Source: an uncultured delta proteobacterium (lineage in GTDB: Bacteria; Myxococcota; Myxococcia; Myxococcales; Anaeromyxobacteraceae). Taken from it: a DNA stretch of 64,000 nt. How positions within the stretch are numbered: the first letter of the stretch is position 1; each line of letters opens with the position of its first letter. Made by a program: the position numbers and the translations under genes. Below the pieces are notes generated by a model, which saw nothing but the letters and a program-made list of their open reading frames with translations, was not told where the DNA came from and ran no database searches. Location of the stretch: positions 31,204 to 95,203 of the forward strand of contig CAWDHF010000004.1 of NCBI GenBank assembly GCA_963802065.1. Direction: 5' to 3'. Positions 62,771 to 64,000 of the stretch are shown here, piece by piece.

Positions 62771-64000
62771 CCGGAGAGAACACCCGCGTGCTGGTGGTCG
62801 ACGACGAGGAGATCGTCCGGGAGTCGCTGGGCGGCTGGCTCCAGGAGGACGGCTTCCAGGTGTCCTCGGCTCCCGAGGGTCGCACCGCCGTGGAGATGAT
62901 GAAGAAGGACCGGTGGAACGTGATGCTCGTGGACCTCAAGATGCCCGGGATGGACGGCCTCCAGGTGCTCGAGGAGGCCCGCAAGCTGCAGCCCGAGGCC
63001 GCCATCATCATGATGACGGCCTACGCCACGGTCGACACCGCGGTCACCGCCATGAAGCTCGGCGCCTTCGACTATCTGGTGAAGCCCTTCGACCCGGAGG
63101 AGCTCTCCCTCCTCATGCAGAAGGTGGTGGCCCAGCAGAGCCTGATCCGGGAGAACGCGGTCCTGCGCAAGGCGCTCAAGAAGGAGCACCGGTTCCGGGA
63201 CCTGGTCTCGAAGAGCGGGGCGATGCAGCGGGTCTTCGAGCTGGCCCAGGTGGCGGCCCGGTCCAACTCCACCATCCTGGTCCTCGGGGAGAGCGGCAGC
63301 GGCAAGGAGGTCCTGGCCCGCACCATCCACGAGGAGAGCCCGCGCGCAGGGGGCCCCTTCGTGGCCATGAGCTGCGCGGCCCTCACCGAGACGCTCCTGG
63401 AGAGCGAGCTCTTCGGTCACGAGAAGGGGTCCTTCACCGGAGCGAACGCGCGCCGGAAGGGAAAGTTCGAGGCGGCGGCCGGGGGAACGCTCTTCCTCGA
63501 CGAGATCGGCGACATCTCCCCGAAGCTCCAGCTCGACCTCCTGCGGGTCCTGGAGGAGCGGAAGTTCCAGCGGGTCGGGGGGAACGAGCCCATCGACGTG
63601 GACGTCCGGATCATCGCCGCCACCAACAAGGATCTCAAGAAGGCGGTGGCCGACGGCTCGTTCCGCGAGGACCTCTTCTACCGGCTGAACGTGATCCCGG
63701 TGACCTTGCCCCCCCTCCGGGAGCGCAAGGAGGACATCCCCCTCCTGGTCGAGCACTTCCTCGATCGGCTCGAGGCGGAGATGAAGAAGCGGGTGAGGGT
63801 CTCCCCCGAGGCCATGGGCGCGCTGCTGGCCCACGACTGGCCCGGCAACGTCCGGGAGCTCCGCAACGTCCTCGAACGGGGTGCGGTCGTTGCCCAGGGA
63901 GACGTCATCAAGCCCTCCGACCTGGGCCTGGCGCCGGCGCCTGCCCGGGCTCCCGGGGCAAATGCACCTGGCGAGCCGGTCTCCCTGGAGGAGGTGGAGA
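62767..64000 (+). CDS. sigma-54-dependent response regulator (NtrC family), 3' end beyond window
   Basis: ATG 62767 overlaps the upstream TGA (ATGA). REC domain (VLVVDDE...DLKMPGMDG...KP). AAA+ domain GESGSGKE, GAFTGA-like GSFTGA, ESELFGHEKG and DWPGNVRELRN. Frame open to nt 64000. Not in the ORF track because there is no stop in the window. Confidence 0.9.
   Translation, partial: MTGENTRVLVVDDEEIVRESLGGWLQEDGFQVSSAPEGRTAVEMMKKDRWNVMLVDLKMPGMDGLQVLEEARKLQPEAAIIMMTAYATVDTAVTAMKLGAFDYLVKPFDPEELSLLMQKVVAQQSLIRENAVLRKALKKEHRFRDLVSKSGAMQRVFELAQVAARSNSTILVLGESGSGKEVLARTIHEESPRAGGPFVAMSCAALTETLLESELFGHEKGSFTGANARRKGKFEAAAGGTLFLDEIGDISPKLQLDLLRVLEERKFQRVGGNEPIDVDVRIIAATNKDLKKAVADGSFREDLFYRLNVIPVTLPPLRERKEDIPLLVEHFLDRLEAEMKKRVRVSPEAMGALLAHDWPGNVRELRNVLERGAVVAQGDVIKPSDLGLAPAPARAPGANAPGEPVSLEEVE

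Overview
Very GC-rich bacterial chromosomal segment; third codon positions are almost all G/C. This is why the six-frame track is full of long antisense or out-of-frame shadow ORFs. I support about 57 protein genes, tightly packed, with many pairs coupled by 4-nt ATGA/GTGA start-stop overlaps. The organism is Gram-negative (ExbB-ExbD-TonB plus a TonB-dependent receptor). The gene content (lysine-rich H1-like protein, heme-containing sensor kinase, sigma-54 regulator, DUF222-type HNH genes) resembles Myxococcota / Anaeromyxobacter-like lineages, but that placement is inference only.

Most of the window is housekeeping:
- Translation and stress: prfC, an ABC-F ATPase, glnS, cspA, an EF-G paralog, pepF.
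- Amino-acid and cofactor metabolism: class I DAHP synthase, leuC-leuD-cimA-leuB, ilvD, a Thermus-type homocitrate synthase, thiD, ribA, hemF, purU, aguA-aguB.
- Central metabolism and detoxification: gloA, class I fumarase, pgi.
- Transport: a TetR-flanked exbB-exbD-tonB-receptor-lipoprotein operon.

I recognised no rRNA, tRNA, CRISPR array, transposase or integrase.

Items worth a second look:
1. A 1,554-aa acyl-adenylate ligase / unknown core / GNAT fusion, divergent from an acyl-ACP thioesterase.
2. An archaemetzincin protease embedded in a c-heme sensor kinase / NtrC-type regulator operon.
3. A CarH-like B12 photoreceptor-repressor with intact Wx9EH and ExHxxG motifs.
4. A bacterial TMEM97/EBP (EXPERA) homolog in a three-gene operon.
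5. A 722-aa protein with an EF-hand-like loop and C-terminal TM helices, of unknown family.
6. A 640-bp gene-free convergent spacer with a perfect 26-bp inverted repeat.
7. Three apparent indels: the leuB 3' end, and a compensated double frameshift in a small membrane gene beside an HNH endonuclease gene.

No classical defence or mobile system is evident. All functional statements rest on motif recognition by eye and need HMM or structure confirmation.
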